Assembly: GCF_006345805.1 (NCBI RefSeq) | Contig: NC_043008.1 | Location: 70,060,001-70,124,000 of the forward strand | DNA: 64,000 bases | Source: Octopus sinensis | Lineage: Eukaryota | Direction: 5' to 3' | In this document: one piece after another, positions 12,850 through 25,215 of the stretch | Numbering within the stretch: position 1 is the first letter of the stretch | Layout of the letters: each line of letters starts with the position of its first letter | The notes under the pieces: generated by a model | Databases searched by the model: none | What the model was told of the DNA's origin: nothing | What the model saw: the letters and a program-made list of their open reading frames with translations, nothing else | Translations under genes and position numbers: made by a program

Positions 12850-13600
12850 CAGTTTATTCAAAGTACCCCCCACCTCCATCAGCTGCCACCATAGCCTCAA
12901 GATGGCTTTAGAACCTGGTGCAGGCATTCCTCACTGTGTCGTTGGGAAAATCTTTGAACACTTCCTTGATCTTGGCCAGCATCTCAGCATTGGTCTTACA
13001 GGCAGGGTGGCTGGTGTCCTTCATAACCACAGTAAACTATGGGATTCCAATTGGGGGAGTTCAGATGCCAGAAATTGATGCTGGTAAAGTGGTGGAAACT
13101 CTCCAACAACCACTTCTCTTTCTGGAGGTATGGCAAGGAGCTTAATTCTGCTGCCACACATATAGCTTTCCAGCAGCAACTCTATTCTGCCAAGGTTTGA
13201 CAACAATCTTCAGCAGCTTCACACTGCCATTCAAACTGAGTCATCAGTTGTTGGATGAATTCCAGCAATCAGAACACCTACTCTGTCCCTTCACGATGGC
13301 CATGGCTTTATAGTCTCCATTGCAGCTGCCCTTGTTACATCTTACAACCTTTACAGTGTTCACAGGGTATTGGACAGCATTCATGATGTCAACATTTTGA
13401 CACCCAGCACAAATCATCATCATACAGGTTACTCTTTTCCAATATTCAGATGGCTTCCAGTCCTCCATGTAAAATAACCTTTTCTCTACTACTACTTTAA
13501 TCTTTATGCTCTCCAGCCCTGTTGACTGTTCCCTAATACATCAAGTTGTTCCTGTAAAAAGGGGGCATAAAAGTCGTCAAATTTAGCACAAACACCCTAC
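12850..13600 (-). pseudogene. Tc1/mariner superfamily (maT/DD37D-like) transposase relic, internally deleted
   Basis: Minus strand WHLNSPNWNPI (compare WPxNSPDLNP) and C-terminal NACTRF*SHLEAMVAADG..YFE*. N-terminal HTH-like ORF at 13244-13468. Possible TIR remnant caccctac at about 13593-13600. Confidence 0.65.
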
Positions 13601-14157
13601 TTACCTACCTACCCACCCATCTATGGGAGCTCAGCATTTTCTGGCACATGTCACTATCTTCTCAAATCTTGCTACAGAAATTTTTAGTTTTCCAAAGTCA
13701 TTTTGATATTTAAGTCAAAAGACCTTGGTCTGGAAAATTCATGCATACCAAAAAATACATTACCTGTTTTTGGACCAGCACTGTAAGACAAATGTCTCGT
13801 CTAATATGTTCTGACACTATAAGCAGCATTCCAGTAAATGCAGAGTTTGGGGATGTAAGGTGTCACCTTTGTGGTCACTGAGATCCCACCTTGTCATCAG
13901 CTCATATACATTGGACTCTGTATTGAGTTTAGTACATATTTGATGATTTTAAGATGAGGGATTATGCAAGAAATAATTAGTGAGAGCAATTAACCTTGTC
14001 ATGTGTTTTTATTATAATTATATTTAATTACCCAGTGTTCCAATTGTTCAATTCTACAAATGTGGCATGTTGCTGTTGTGTCTTTATTTAGTTTTTAATC
14101 TCCAAGAATATATAATTAAGGTTGCACTGTAAGATGATCAGAAATTCTTGTATTACC

Positions 14158-14192
<35 letters not shown>

Positions 14193-15589
14193 TAATAAGA
14201 TACATTTATACATATGTATATAAATATATATGTACATACATACATATGTACATACATATATGTATATATGTATACACACACACAAGAAACTAAAAAAAAA
14301 AAGAGATAAAATAAAGCAGAAACCATTGAGTAATTAAATACAATAATAATAAAATATTTGATGAGGTTAATAATGTGACTAATTATGCTTTGCGAGTGGA
14401 ATGAATATTCACCAAAGCTTTACTACAATGGACATAGCATGTGACTGTATGACAGGTTGCCATGTACAGTTATGTAAAATATCTTAAGAATGTTTCCTTG
14501 GAGTCAAGTTTGCAGAGATCCTCATATTTCTGCAGCTTCACCTTTTCCTTGATCTTATTTCGAATGAAATATGTGAAGTTTCAATTAAGTTTTAAAATAA
14601 CCAAGAATTTGAAGGGATTCAGGAAAATAACTTTTATTTTTAAACTGTTGTATGGAACTTAACAAAAGATTCTTCCATGAAATTGTTGTGGAAAATTTTA
14701 ATTAAATACAGCCTCTTTAAAATGGGATGTTTTGTATCATTGAAGCAAAGAGGCTAGTGAAAGGTGGAGTATTAGAAATAGTTAAACCATACTAATTCCT
14801 CCTCCTCTTTCTTCATTACTCATATGGCCTATTCAGCTATGTTTATTTAATTCATGTCCATTCACAACGCATGACAGTGTGGTTAAGAAAGGAAAGTTTC
14901 CTTCCACAACCACATGATTTTGGTTTCAATACCAGTGTGTCCATCTCAGTCAAGTGTCTTCTACGATAGCTCTGGACTGGTCAATGCTTTGTGGCTGAAT
15001 TTAATGGTTTATTGGGTCACCCTGTGTTTCTTGATCATAAGGCGTTTAAACCCCATAGACTGGCCTACCCCAGTATGATATTAACTGCTCTACATCTAAA
15101 AGTGTAATTCTCCTCCGGATTTATGTATTTCTACAAACGATCATATATATTTATATATATGTGTGTGCGTGAGTGTGTATGTATGTATTTCACAAAATAT
15201 TTATGATCACCAATATGCATTGCAAATTACGTTCATTCATGATCAGCACTTGTTCACTTTACTTACACTTCTCTTTGTTAATGTTCACGTAGTTCCTATT
15301 TTTTTTTATCCATGTTTATTTCCCATGTATTCCACAACAATTGTGTACAAAACTTCAAAAAGTATATTTCCTGATGTTCATTTCTTTATGTTAACTCAGG
15401 ATCACTTCTTTTGTTTACTTGTAGTCACTTCAGTTAACCTGAAGTGAATGAGTTAACATCATGCTCACTCAATTTGTGTTTGCTTCCTCTATATTCACTC
15501 ACTGTTTGTTTACTTATATAGTCATTTATATTTTACTTACATGTATTTGCATTCTTTAGTCCCAGGTTAGCTCTAACATTCCAGTTCTA

Positions 15590-15845
15590 TATATTTAAGA
15601 GATGAGGAATTATGTACATTATTTACATTTGACAGATATTTGTCCTCGTCTTTGTTGTTAACACGTTTCGGCTGATATACCCTCCAGCCTTCACAAGGTG
15701 TCTTGGGGAAATTTCGAATATGGGTTCTCATTCCTAAGGTATTTTTTGATGATATTATTATTATTATTATTATTATTATTAAGGTCCCTGCCTAGAATCG
15801 AACCCAGAATCTTGGGGTTAGTAGTCCACACTCTTAACCAATACA
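15590..15845 (-). mobile_element. tRNA-headed short element carrying a decayed hammerhead motif
   Basis: Minus strand: tggttaagagtgtggactactaaccccaagattctgGGTTCGATTCT (B box), then (AAT)n, then gacac cttgtga a ggctg-loop-cagcc gaaac gtgtt at 15660-15702. Confidence 0.6.
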
Positions 15846-16905
15846 TTCTCCACTATGTCTTTGGGAGGGTGTGATTTAATGTAAATTTGGCTGGTATTTC
15901 CAGCAGCTTGATTGACTGATCATTTATCATGGCATCTACATAAAATGCTCCTTCCCTGGATTTGGCAGTTTTTCATTTTGATAACAGCAGGGTATTTTTT
16001 GGTAAGATATTTCCTTACTACTTCAAACAGATCAACTGGCTACACTGGGACAATTACAAAGACTCGTGTAATCCCTATTTTAATGACCACAGGGAGTTAG
16101 TTGATGGGGAATTAACTTTTAAATAACAGCTTCATTGAGTGACAAGAAAATCTCTCACTCGTTCATTCTGATCTCCTTTTAATGACAATAAGGGAGTTTG
16201 TTAAGGGTTATTTCACTGCTATATTTTGCAGATCAAGTTTACTTCATAAAAACACTCCAGGATACACAACAGTAAAGTATACCACACTGTGTGTCTGTGT
16301 AACTACTACTACTATTTACTCCCTCTTTTCTGATATCAAATGGACCCCGTTTTGAATATAGTGAAGGTTTTTCCTTCAGGTTGAGTTTGTTAGATAAATT
16401 AGCCACAGAGCCCTCTTCTTCTCTCTTGCTCTTCCTCTTTTCACTCCTCCTCCTCTCTTCCCTTCACTCTCCTCCTCTCCAAATCCGCCTCCTCTTCTCT
16501 TTCACCCTTCTCTTTTCTTCCTCTCTCGTTTCTCTCTTACTGTCTTGTGTGCACCTGTATGAAGAAATAACAAAGCACACCCTCATATACACACACATAC
16601 ATACACATTCACAGACACATATACCCACGCATGTATCTACACACTGACTTAACCATACATGTCACACATCTACTAAACAGCTACATACATATATGCACAC
16701 AACTTCACACGTACATACACACTTACACACGCTTTTACATACACACATATTACTACTATGGTGGCATACAGTCTTGAAATTTAGAACTCGAAACATGTGG
16801 CCCTCATTAGAAAGACAATACCACACACTCACACACATGTGCACTCACACAGACATACACACACATGCAAGCACTCACACAAATATACACTCATGCACAC
16901 GGACA

Positions 16906-16937
<32 letters not shown>

Positions 16938-17589
16938 GGCAAACGCTTGCACAGTCAGATATGTGCCACACAGAAGCCTCACATATTTTCTCAAAGATAG
17001 GAATGAAAGATAGTAGATGAGAAAGGAGAGGGTATGACAACAGACAGAGAGAGTGGTACGAAAGTCTTTATGTATGGATGAATGGGATGTAAATGGATGT
17101 GTGTGTGTGTGTGTATTTAAAAAAGGAATAGAAATGGCCTAAACATCCAATAATTGAAGTGGAAAAATTATCAGTAAAGCTATTTCTATTAATTTTTTTC
17201 AAATATATAATACTGTACCAAGGACTTTCTATTTCCTTTTCTGCTATATATATATGTATATATATATATATATATACACACACACTAGCTGTGGACTCAG
17301 CATTGCTTGTGTTTTCCATGTTGAAGTTATGCCCACTTCTGACCTTGTATTAAAATCTTTTCCATTCCCCGTGCCAGCTATTAAACATTAAGATGTTATA
17401 TCTAGTTCGGCAGGGATTTTACTTGGTTAACACTTTCAACATACTCCTACAATCACAGTCAAACTTTTGGGTATACCTCTACCCATTGAGAGTGATGTTT
17501 GTTTATTTCACTCCTCTCAATGCCACCCTCTCTACAAAATTGACCAGCATGTCCAATCTCAACAAAATCCCCCAAAAGTGTTAAGGTTA

Positions 17590-18025
17590 TGTCATAAAAT
17601 AGAATCCATGTGACCATTTACATGAAGATATAAAAGTTACTGCCAAAAATAAAATCCCTGTGGGTATTTGTATGCAAAAAGCCTATTGATTTTATAAAAC
17701 AATATACTGACATCAACTCACTGCCATGAGCCTTGCTCACTCATGGATTTTCATCAAAATTGGATGAAAAATGCGAAAGCTGCAGGAAAAATAACATCAT
17801 TATGGGAATTTCCATTCAAACGCTTTATTGAGCTCACAAAAATCGATGCCAACTGAGCATTATTAAGTTTTCAAAAAAATTTCAGCCTTATTTGAACTTC
17901 AGGGCATGTGATGTACCTATGTGCCAAAAATCACTAAAATCAGTTGCATGGTGTGTGAGGAGTTAGAGTAACCCCAAACACACAGACAGACAGACACCAT
18001 TACACATTTATGTGTATATATATAT
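17590..18025 (+). mobile_element. Helitron/Helentron-like non-autonomous element (Lep1/DINE-like), diverged
   Basis: Repeated tttcatcaaaattgg / tgtgccaaaaatcactaaaatcagttgc motifs, followed by (CAGA)n and catttatgtgtatatat. Confidence 0.45.
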
Positions 18026-18424
18026 TTATGGGATGGACCAAAAGTTATGCACAAAATGAGTCCAATATGCTCTGGAATTGTTAAAAACATGTTTCAATTT
18101 TTCTGAAATTGAATAAAATAAATAAAATAATGATAAATGCCGAGGTACATGATGAACAGAATGAATAATAATAATCCTTTCTGAGCAAAGCACTTTATTT
18201 CATGTTGCTCCAAGCTTGCCAAGCTTCATCAATTTTTCTCTCCCTGCATCCATGTGGCAACATTTGAAGGCTAAAATAATACATTGTGCATTGTGACCTT
18301 GTACAACATCTGATAGTTTGGTCGGTCAAGTGATACATATATATATATATATATATTGAGAGAAATAGGAAGACAACAAAAGAGTGAAGGAGACCTCAAT
18401 ATTATGTAAATAGAGGAATCTATC

Positions 18425-18532
18425 TGTAAATATAATATGTGACAATTATTCAGTAGCCACGATACCACCCTGACATCCGAAACTTGAAGTTTTATCATGG
18501 CTACCGAATAATTGTCACATATTATATTTACA
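18425..18532. repeat. 40 bp inverted repeat, 28 bp spacer
   Basis: tgtaaatataatatgtgacaattattcagtagccacgata versus its complement at 18493-18532 (2 mismatches). Same family as 23045-23190. Confidence 0.9.
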
Positions 18533-18549
18533 TATGTGTATATATATAT

Positions 18550-18581
<32 letters not shown>

Positions 18582-18879
18582 CACACACACACACACACAC
18601 ACATGTATACATATATCCCTTTTTATGTATGCGTGTATATTTATATGCATATGTGAATATATGCATCCCTGTTGCTCTCTCCTCGGGCTGGGTAACCATG
18701 TGTCTCCTTTATAGCAGCACGTTTGCTTCTGTCCTTATTCTCAGTCACTCTCTCTCTCTCTCTGGTCAGGTAACCATGTACCTCCTCTACACCTGTTTTT
18801 GTCTGTCTATCACACTCTAACCTTTCATCATCTGATACAAGATCTTCTCCTCCAAGGCCCTCGTTCCTCTCAAAGGATC

Positions 18880-19200
18880 TTTGCCTTGAAAGTTACTTGG
18901 TGACCCTGCCAGTGCTGGTGCCATATAAAAAGCATCCAATCCACACTGTTAAGTGATTGATATTTGGAAGGGTATCCAGCTGTAAAACCCCTATCAAAAC
19001 TGACCCTGCCTGTGCTGGTGCCACATACAAAGCACTCAGTCGACTCTGCTGGATGGTTGGTTCTAGAAAGGGCATCCAGCTGTAAAACCATACCAAAACA
19101 AGCAGAGAAGTTTGGTGCAGCTTTCTGCCTGGCCAGCTCCTGTCAAAATATCCTAACCATGCTAGCATGGAAGGCGGACGTTAAACAATGATGATGATGA
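18880..19200 (+). mobile_element. SINE/RTE-tail family C with internal duplication
   Basis: Two copies of tgaccctgcc..gtgctggtgcca..aagggcatccagctgtaaaacc, then catgctagcatggaaggcggacgttaaacaatgatgatga. Confidence 0.8.
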
Positions 19201-20633
19201 TACACACATACACACACACATCCATATATATATATATATACATACATACATACACATGTATTTACATATATGTATAAAATAGCAAACATTTCATAAATGC
19301 TGATAACAATGAAATTGAAATATTCTATCCTTAGATTACAACCACCACTACTATCACCATTTCCACTACTATGGTTATGCCACTGTGACAACCACTGCTT
19401 CCTCCACCACTACCACTCCTAACCTCGTTATCGCCACCATAGTGATGCCAACCACCATCACTCCAAGTAGCACTCCCATATCCAACAATACAAATGATGC
19501 AACCAGTAACCCTTATTTGATCTTTATCTTTGCTCCACCCCCATCTTCCCACCCCTCCATCTTGAAGTCCTTTATTCTCCCCTCTTGTGAAGCAAATGTA
19601 TCAGACCCCATTGCTGTTGGTCCCTAAACTAAATGAACGTTCATGATATGGTCTTATCTAGCATAGCAAACCCCTGCCACTCTGGAATGTTGTCTTCACA
19701 TGAGGGGCAACAGAAGGTATCGTTAGGCTTCATTAAAAGTAACAAGATCTCTTGATTAATTTAATGGATGACTGATGAGGGTCTTGGAGAAAGATAAAAA
19801 CGAAAGTGGAGCAAAGGAGACTGATACAGAGGGCAATAGAGAGATAGGTTGGATAAAGAAGTAGTGGTATACAAATAGAAAGCAGAAAAGAGAGTTGTGT
19901 GAGAAGTAGTACGTGTGAGAAAGAGGAGGTGATAGAGAAGGTAAGAATGAAATAACATCTCTGTTTCTCTCTGTTCTCTGTCTGTCTCTATCACTCACTG
20001 TTTCTATCTCTATCTCTCTCTCTGCACACACTCACACACACATACATATATCTATCTTGGTTTCCTCTGAATCCCTTTTTCGTTTTAAGATGGAAAAAAA
20101 GTGAAAGATGCAAAATAGGGAGTGTGTCTATGTGAAAGACAGAATGAGATAGTAGAGAGACAAATAGTTTGTGTGTGTGAGGGAGAGAGAAAGAGAGAGA
20201 GAGAGAGTAAATGGGTGAGCATGTAAGGTACCAACTAGAAAACAGCTGTGACTGAAGAATGTAGGAATGGTTTTATATATCTGGGCAAGATAATATCTTA
20301 AAACCCGCCAAAAATGTCAAAGTTTTCAGACAAAAATGATTGAAATCCTCAAGGGTTTTACGAAGATATTTTATGTCCTGATTAATTGAAGTTGATAGTT
20401 TTATCTTGAAAATAAGGAATTTAAGGAACAGAGTTTCTGATAAACCACAGGAGTTTACAGAGGTATATATAGAAGAAATAGTATTTAATGAAATTTCATT
20501 GTTTGGATTTCAGACTGGTAATTATATAGAAAAAAAGAGATTGAAGTAAACTCCAGAGGCTTCTAAAGATATATAATAATGGTGTTTAATCGAAGCTTTC
20601 AGTATTATCAGGCTGGTGGCTGGAAGTATTACT

Positions 20634-20718
20634 ATGAAGACAAACAAAGTAGCTTGTAATACATCTCTTTTATTTACATTTCTTTTATGGTCCTCTGTAG
20701 AAGTCCTGCTGGAATTAG
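20634..20718 (+). CDS. Speculative first coding exon (signal-peptide-like) for the Ig gene
   Basis: MKTNKVACNTSLLFTFLLWSSVEVLLEL in unique sequence. A phase-1 donor G|gttttg (weak) is compatible with the exon at 62492. Confidence 0.2.
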
Positions 20719-20992
20719 GTTTTGTCTTACAGTCTTCTGGGGTTGACAAAACTAAAATCTATTGTAACATCACCTCTAACATTACAGAATGGCCTGCAGT
20801 TCAAATTCTGTTGGGGTTTACTTTATCTCAGATTCTTTTGGGGTTGGCAATAGAAAAATGTATTCCAGCACTATCACTAAAATTGTATAAGTGATAGAAA
20901 TTCTTAATCAAAATGGTAAGAGTGATGGCTGGCAGAATCGATAAAAGTATTAGAAAACCACCCAGAGGGCAGCAATTTTGCTTGTTGTAATA

Positions 20993-21812
20993 AGCCTTTC
21001 AGGCACAAGACCTGAAATTTTGTTGGAAGAGGCTAGCCAATTACATTGACCTCACTGGTATTTATTTTATCTACCCCAAAAGGATGAAAGGTAAAGTTAA
21101 CCTTGGCAGAATTTGAACTCAGAATATGAAGTAGGAAGGAATGCCATGAAGTATTTTCTCTGGTTGGCTAATGACTCTGCCAACTCAATGCCTTAATAGT
21201 GATAATAATAATGATAATGGTTTCAAAGTTTTCCACAAGGGTAGCAGTTTTGGGGGAGGGGATGAGTCAATTTCATTGACCCCGATGTTTCACTGGTACT
21301 TAATTTATTGATCCCATTCAGGATCGATAAGCATTTTGCCTGGCATGCTGACGATTCTACCAACTCACTGCCTTGATATAATAATAATAGTAGTAGTAAT
21401 AATAATAATAATAATAATAATCCTTTCTACAATAGGCACAATGCCTGAATTAGTACTTATTTTATTGACCTTAAAAAGATGAAAGGTAAAAATCAACTCA
21501 GAATATTATGACAGATGAAATGCCACTAAGCATTTTGTCTGTCATGCTAACGATTCTACCAGCTTGCCACCTTATTATTTAGAATAATAATAATAATCCT
21601 TTCTACTAGAGGTGCAAGGCCTGACATTTGGGGGAAGGGGACTAGTCAATTACATCAACCCCAGTGTGTATCTGATACTGATTTCATTGACCCCAAAAGG
21701 ATGAAAAGCAATGTCAACCTCAGCAGAGTTTAAATTCACAACATAAGGACAGACGAAATGCCACTATGCATTGTACCTGGTGTGCTAATGATTCTGGCAG
21801 CTCACTACCTAA
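20993..21812 (-). mobile_element. Cluster of four SINE family B-related copies separated by (AAT)n
   Basis: Four repeats of ..ggcacaag(g)cctga..ccccaaaaggatgaaagg..gcattttg..ctaatgattctgccagctcac.gcctt. Confidence 0.85.
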
Positions 21813-22249
21813 ATAAGAATAATAATAATAATAATAATGATTATTATTATTATTATTATTGCTATTATTATTGTTATTATTATTAATAGGTTGGTGACAG
21901 AGAGGACATCAAGCCAAAGACAATCTGCTTCAGTAAGCTACGCCTTACTTATGTAAGCTTGGAGAACTGGATATTAAAATGATGATCATCACGACATATA
22001 GTAAACAAAAAGAATGAAAATCATGGCATTGCATATCTTTATTAAACGTTTACTCCTTTCAATAGTTAGTGGGACCATTTCATCTATTTTCATAGTTTTT
22101 CCATATACAAGATTATGTGCATCCATATAGTAGTCAAGGAATGTATCTCCAACCATCTCTTGGGTTCAATTAAAGTAGTAATGCTGACATGGAAGATTGT
22201 CTGAAATATTTATCACGACTTCCGAAATCTTTATTCTTTCTCTCCATCT

Positions 22250-22319
22250 TTGTGTGTGTGTGTATATATATATATATATGTGTATGTATATATATATATG
22301 TATGTATATATGTGTATGT

Positions 22320-22360
<41 letters not shown>

Positions 22361-22522
22361 TATGTATGTATATATATATATGTATGTATATATGTATGTA
22401 TATATATATATATGTATGTATATATGTATGTATATATATATGTATGTATATGTATATATATATGTATGTATATATATGTATACATGTATATATATGTATA
22501 TATATATATATATAATGTATAA

Positions 22523-22561
<39 letters not shown>

Positions 22562-22660
22562 TGTATATGTATGTATATATATATATATATGTATATGTAT
22601 GTAATATATATATATAATATGTATATTATGTATATATGTATATATATTATATATATATAT
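22250..22660. repeat. (TA)n/(TATG)n microsatellite block
   Basis: Read directly from the sequence. Confidence 0.95.
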
Positions 22661-22759
22661 AACGGGAAGCTTTATGAAAATAGACAAAAGACGAAGGCAG
22701 GTGGAAAACAAACAAACAATTGTATTAGTATGGCGCTCAGGAAATATAAATAAAACAAG

Positions 22760-22797
22760 TCTTTAACGTTTCGAGCCTACGCTCTTCAACAGAAAGA
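22760..22797 (-). ncRNA. Minimal type I hammerhead motif (A6U variant, loopless palindromic stem III)
   Basis: Minus strand reads ucuuu CUGUUGA a gagc-guag-gcuc GAAAC GUU aaaga. Stem I is 5 bp perfect and stem II is 4 bp perfect. Confidence 0.6.
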
Positions 22798-22958
22798 TAC
22801 ACAGAGAAAAAAAACACAGAAAGAAGGAGAGAAAAAAAATGCGTGCAGTAACTAACAAATCAACATGGCGATCTGATTTCGGCCATCAAACATGAGATGC
22901 GAGAGCGAAATTAGGGGAGATAATAGGGTTGAATGACCTATATATATGTATATGTATG

Positions 22959-22991
<33 letters not shown>

Positions 22992-23008
22992 GTATATATG
23001 TATATATG

Positions 23009-23050
<42 letters not shown>

Positions 23051-23195
23051 ATGTGACAATTATTCGGTTGCCATAATAAGACTCACTCCGAGTTTCGGAT
23101 GTTGGGGCGGAAACCTGCTCTGGCAGATAAATTCCTCTATTTACATAATATCAAAGTCTCTTTCATTCTTTTTTTGTCTTACCATTACTATTAAT

Positions 23196-23235
<40 letters not shown>

Positions 23236-23237
<2 letters not shown>

Positions 23238-23757
23238 CAATAATAATTCTCTAAATGAGATATAGACAGTGACTGCTCCATAATATATGGCGTCAGCCTA
23301 TCTGGTGACGTTGATGTTCGCCTGGGGCTAAATGCAACAGTGACATCCCCACCACCCTGTCCTGTCCCTAGCCATATTCAGTTGGCTAATGTCCCTTATA
23401 TTATGGAGCAGTCACTGTCTATATCTCATTTAGAGAATTATTATTGCTGTCGAACAGATTTTCGAAATCAGTAAATGTATTTACTTGAAAATCTTTATAT
23501 ATATCTTGCACGGTGAGTTGTTCGTCGAGAGGCGGTGCCTACCACACGTTGATAATAGGCAATACACCTTGAAACCTAGGTCCATGTGTGGCATCCGCTT
23601 CTTGGGGAATGATCTCCCTTTGCAAGATAGAGGACGCCGTGATGGCGTCGGCCTATCTGGTGACGTTGATGTTCGCCTGGGGCTAAATGCAACAGTGACA
23701 CCCCCACCACCTGCCCTGTCCCTAGTCATATTCAGTTGGCTAATGTCCCTTATATTA
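23236..23757 (+). mobile_element. Penelope-like terminal repeat structure (inverted plus direct repeats)
   Basis: Perfect 52 bp inverted repeat 23236-23287 / 23397-23448. ~115 bp direct repeat 23287-23403 / 23642-23757. A hammerhead lies between, and (TA)n flanks both sides. Confidence 0.75.
23542..23591 (+). ncRNA. Type I hammerhead motif with U3-A8 core covariation
   Basis: ccacacg UUGAUAA u agg-caauaca-ccu u GAA ACCUAGGU C caugugugg. Palindromic stem III, triplet GUC. Confidence 0.65.
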
Positions 23758-23780
23758 TATATATATATATATATATATAG

Positions 23781-23818
<38 letters not shown>

Positions 23819-23835
23819 GTGTATCTATGTGTATG

Positions 23836-23880
<45 letters not shown>

Positions 23881-23983
23881 GTGTATCTATGTGTATGTAT
23901 GTGTATATATATATATATATGTATGTATGTGTGTATCTATGTGTATGTATGTGTATATATATATATATATATGTGTATTTATG

Positions 23984-24016
<33 letters not shown>

Positions 24017-24254
24017 AAGTATGTGTGTATATATAAATATGTATGTATGTATCTACCGATCTAGAGCAGGTAAGATTCCCGAGATCCATGGACAAGTTCT
24101 CTCCAGTAGTCCCCGTCCCTCATCATTGGCGCCATATATAGGCATGTATTATGTTAAGACGTTTGGAACATAATAAAGGGGAGATATACAGTGAAATATT
24201 GAGAATGTTGTTGGGAACAGAACTTCGCATAAGATAAATGTCTATTGGGATATT

Positions 24255-24486
24255 GGCTCATTCATCACCATATTTCTCTTGAAATACATTGCCTTTGTTT
24301 CAGTTTTGCAAATAATGAAGAATTCTGTAAAATAACTTTGTCTTTTGTCATTATTAGAATGGTGATTGGAACATAAATTAGCATGAAATTTTAATAGAAA
24401 GTTTTAATTTAGATCTCTTTAAGACAGGAAGCTTCTATCATAGATGGATAGCAGTCTTGCATGGGTTGTTATATTAAAAAGGTTAA
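24255..24486. mobile_element. piggyBac-type MITE
   Basis: Same family as 11969-12183. Ends attaaaaagg-ttaa. Confidence 0.65.
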
Positions 24487-24987
24487 GATAGTGTTTGGAA
24501 TGTAAAAGACATACATACATACATACATACATACATACATACATGCATATATTGGTATTTTAAAATAGTATTTGGAATAGAGAGTATATGAATTTATGAT
24601 ATAAGGTTTTAATTAAATATAATTAAAAGTTTTGATTAAATATAATTAAATGTTTTAATTAAATATGAGCACTTTAAATTGAGAGGTTTTAAAGTATCTT
24701 GTATCACAGAACCAGAAAATTTCTCAGCAGGCTAAGCACAAAAGTGCTAAGAGAGTGTGGACTTAATGGATAAAATTGTTCTAGATATACTGATTAGGTT
24801 TGGAAAATACATTGCATAGTCAGAACTGGAAGTTCTTTTGACTATAATTCTATTCAAATGGAACTCAACTGGGGTTAAACATCCACTTTCTATGCTTGCT
24901 TGTGTTGGGGAATTTGTTGAGGTGGATTTTCTAAAACCAGACGTCATTACTATTGCCAACCCTCACTTCTTTTCAAGTTATTCTTCT

Positions 24988-25215
24988 ATATTTTACTTGT
25001 TTCAGTCATATGACTGCAGCCATGCAGCCATACTGGGGTATTGCCTTGAAGAATTTTCACTCGAATGAATCAAGTCCAATACTTTTTTTTTTTTCGTAAA
25101 ACCTGGTAAATAGTCTGTCAGTCCTTTTTGCCAATTCGCTAAGTTACAGGGATGTGAACACCAACACCATTGTCAAGCAGTGGTGGGTGACAAACACAGA
25201 AACAAAGACACACGC
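24988..25215 (-). mobile_element. SINE family A, 3' part
   Basis: ttttacttgtttcagtcat..gctaagttacagggatgtgaacacc..ttgtcaagcagtgg. Confidence 0.75.

Noticed and set aside
15781-15845. tRNA gene
   Set aside because: Acceptor and D arms are degenerate, so it is better explained as a SINE head. The same applies to family A and B heads.
23075-23130. Hammerhead at minus-strand cauccGAAAcucggagu
   Set aside because: No recognisable CUGANGA half or stem I in this copy or in the 18470 copy.
22166-24173. Long Y/I/C/V/M/H/T-rich ORFs (also at 11248-11597, 36632-37320, 45383-45749, 46866-47249)
   Set aside because: Translations of (TA)n/(TG)n microsatellites that happen to lack stops. No splice or domain evidence.
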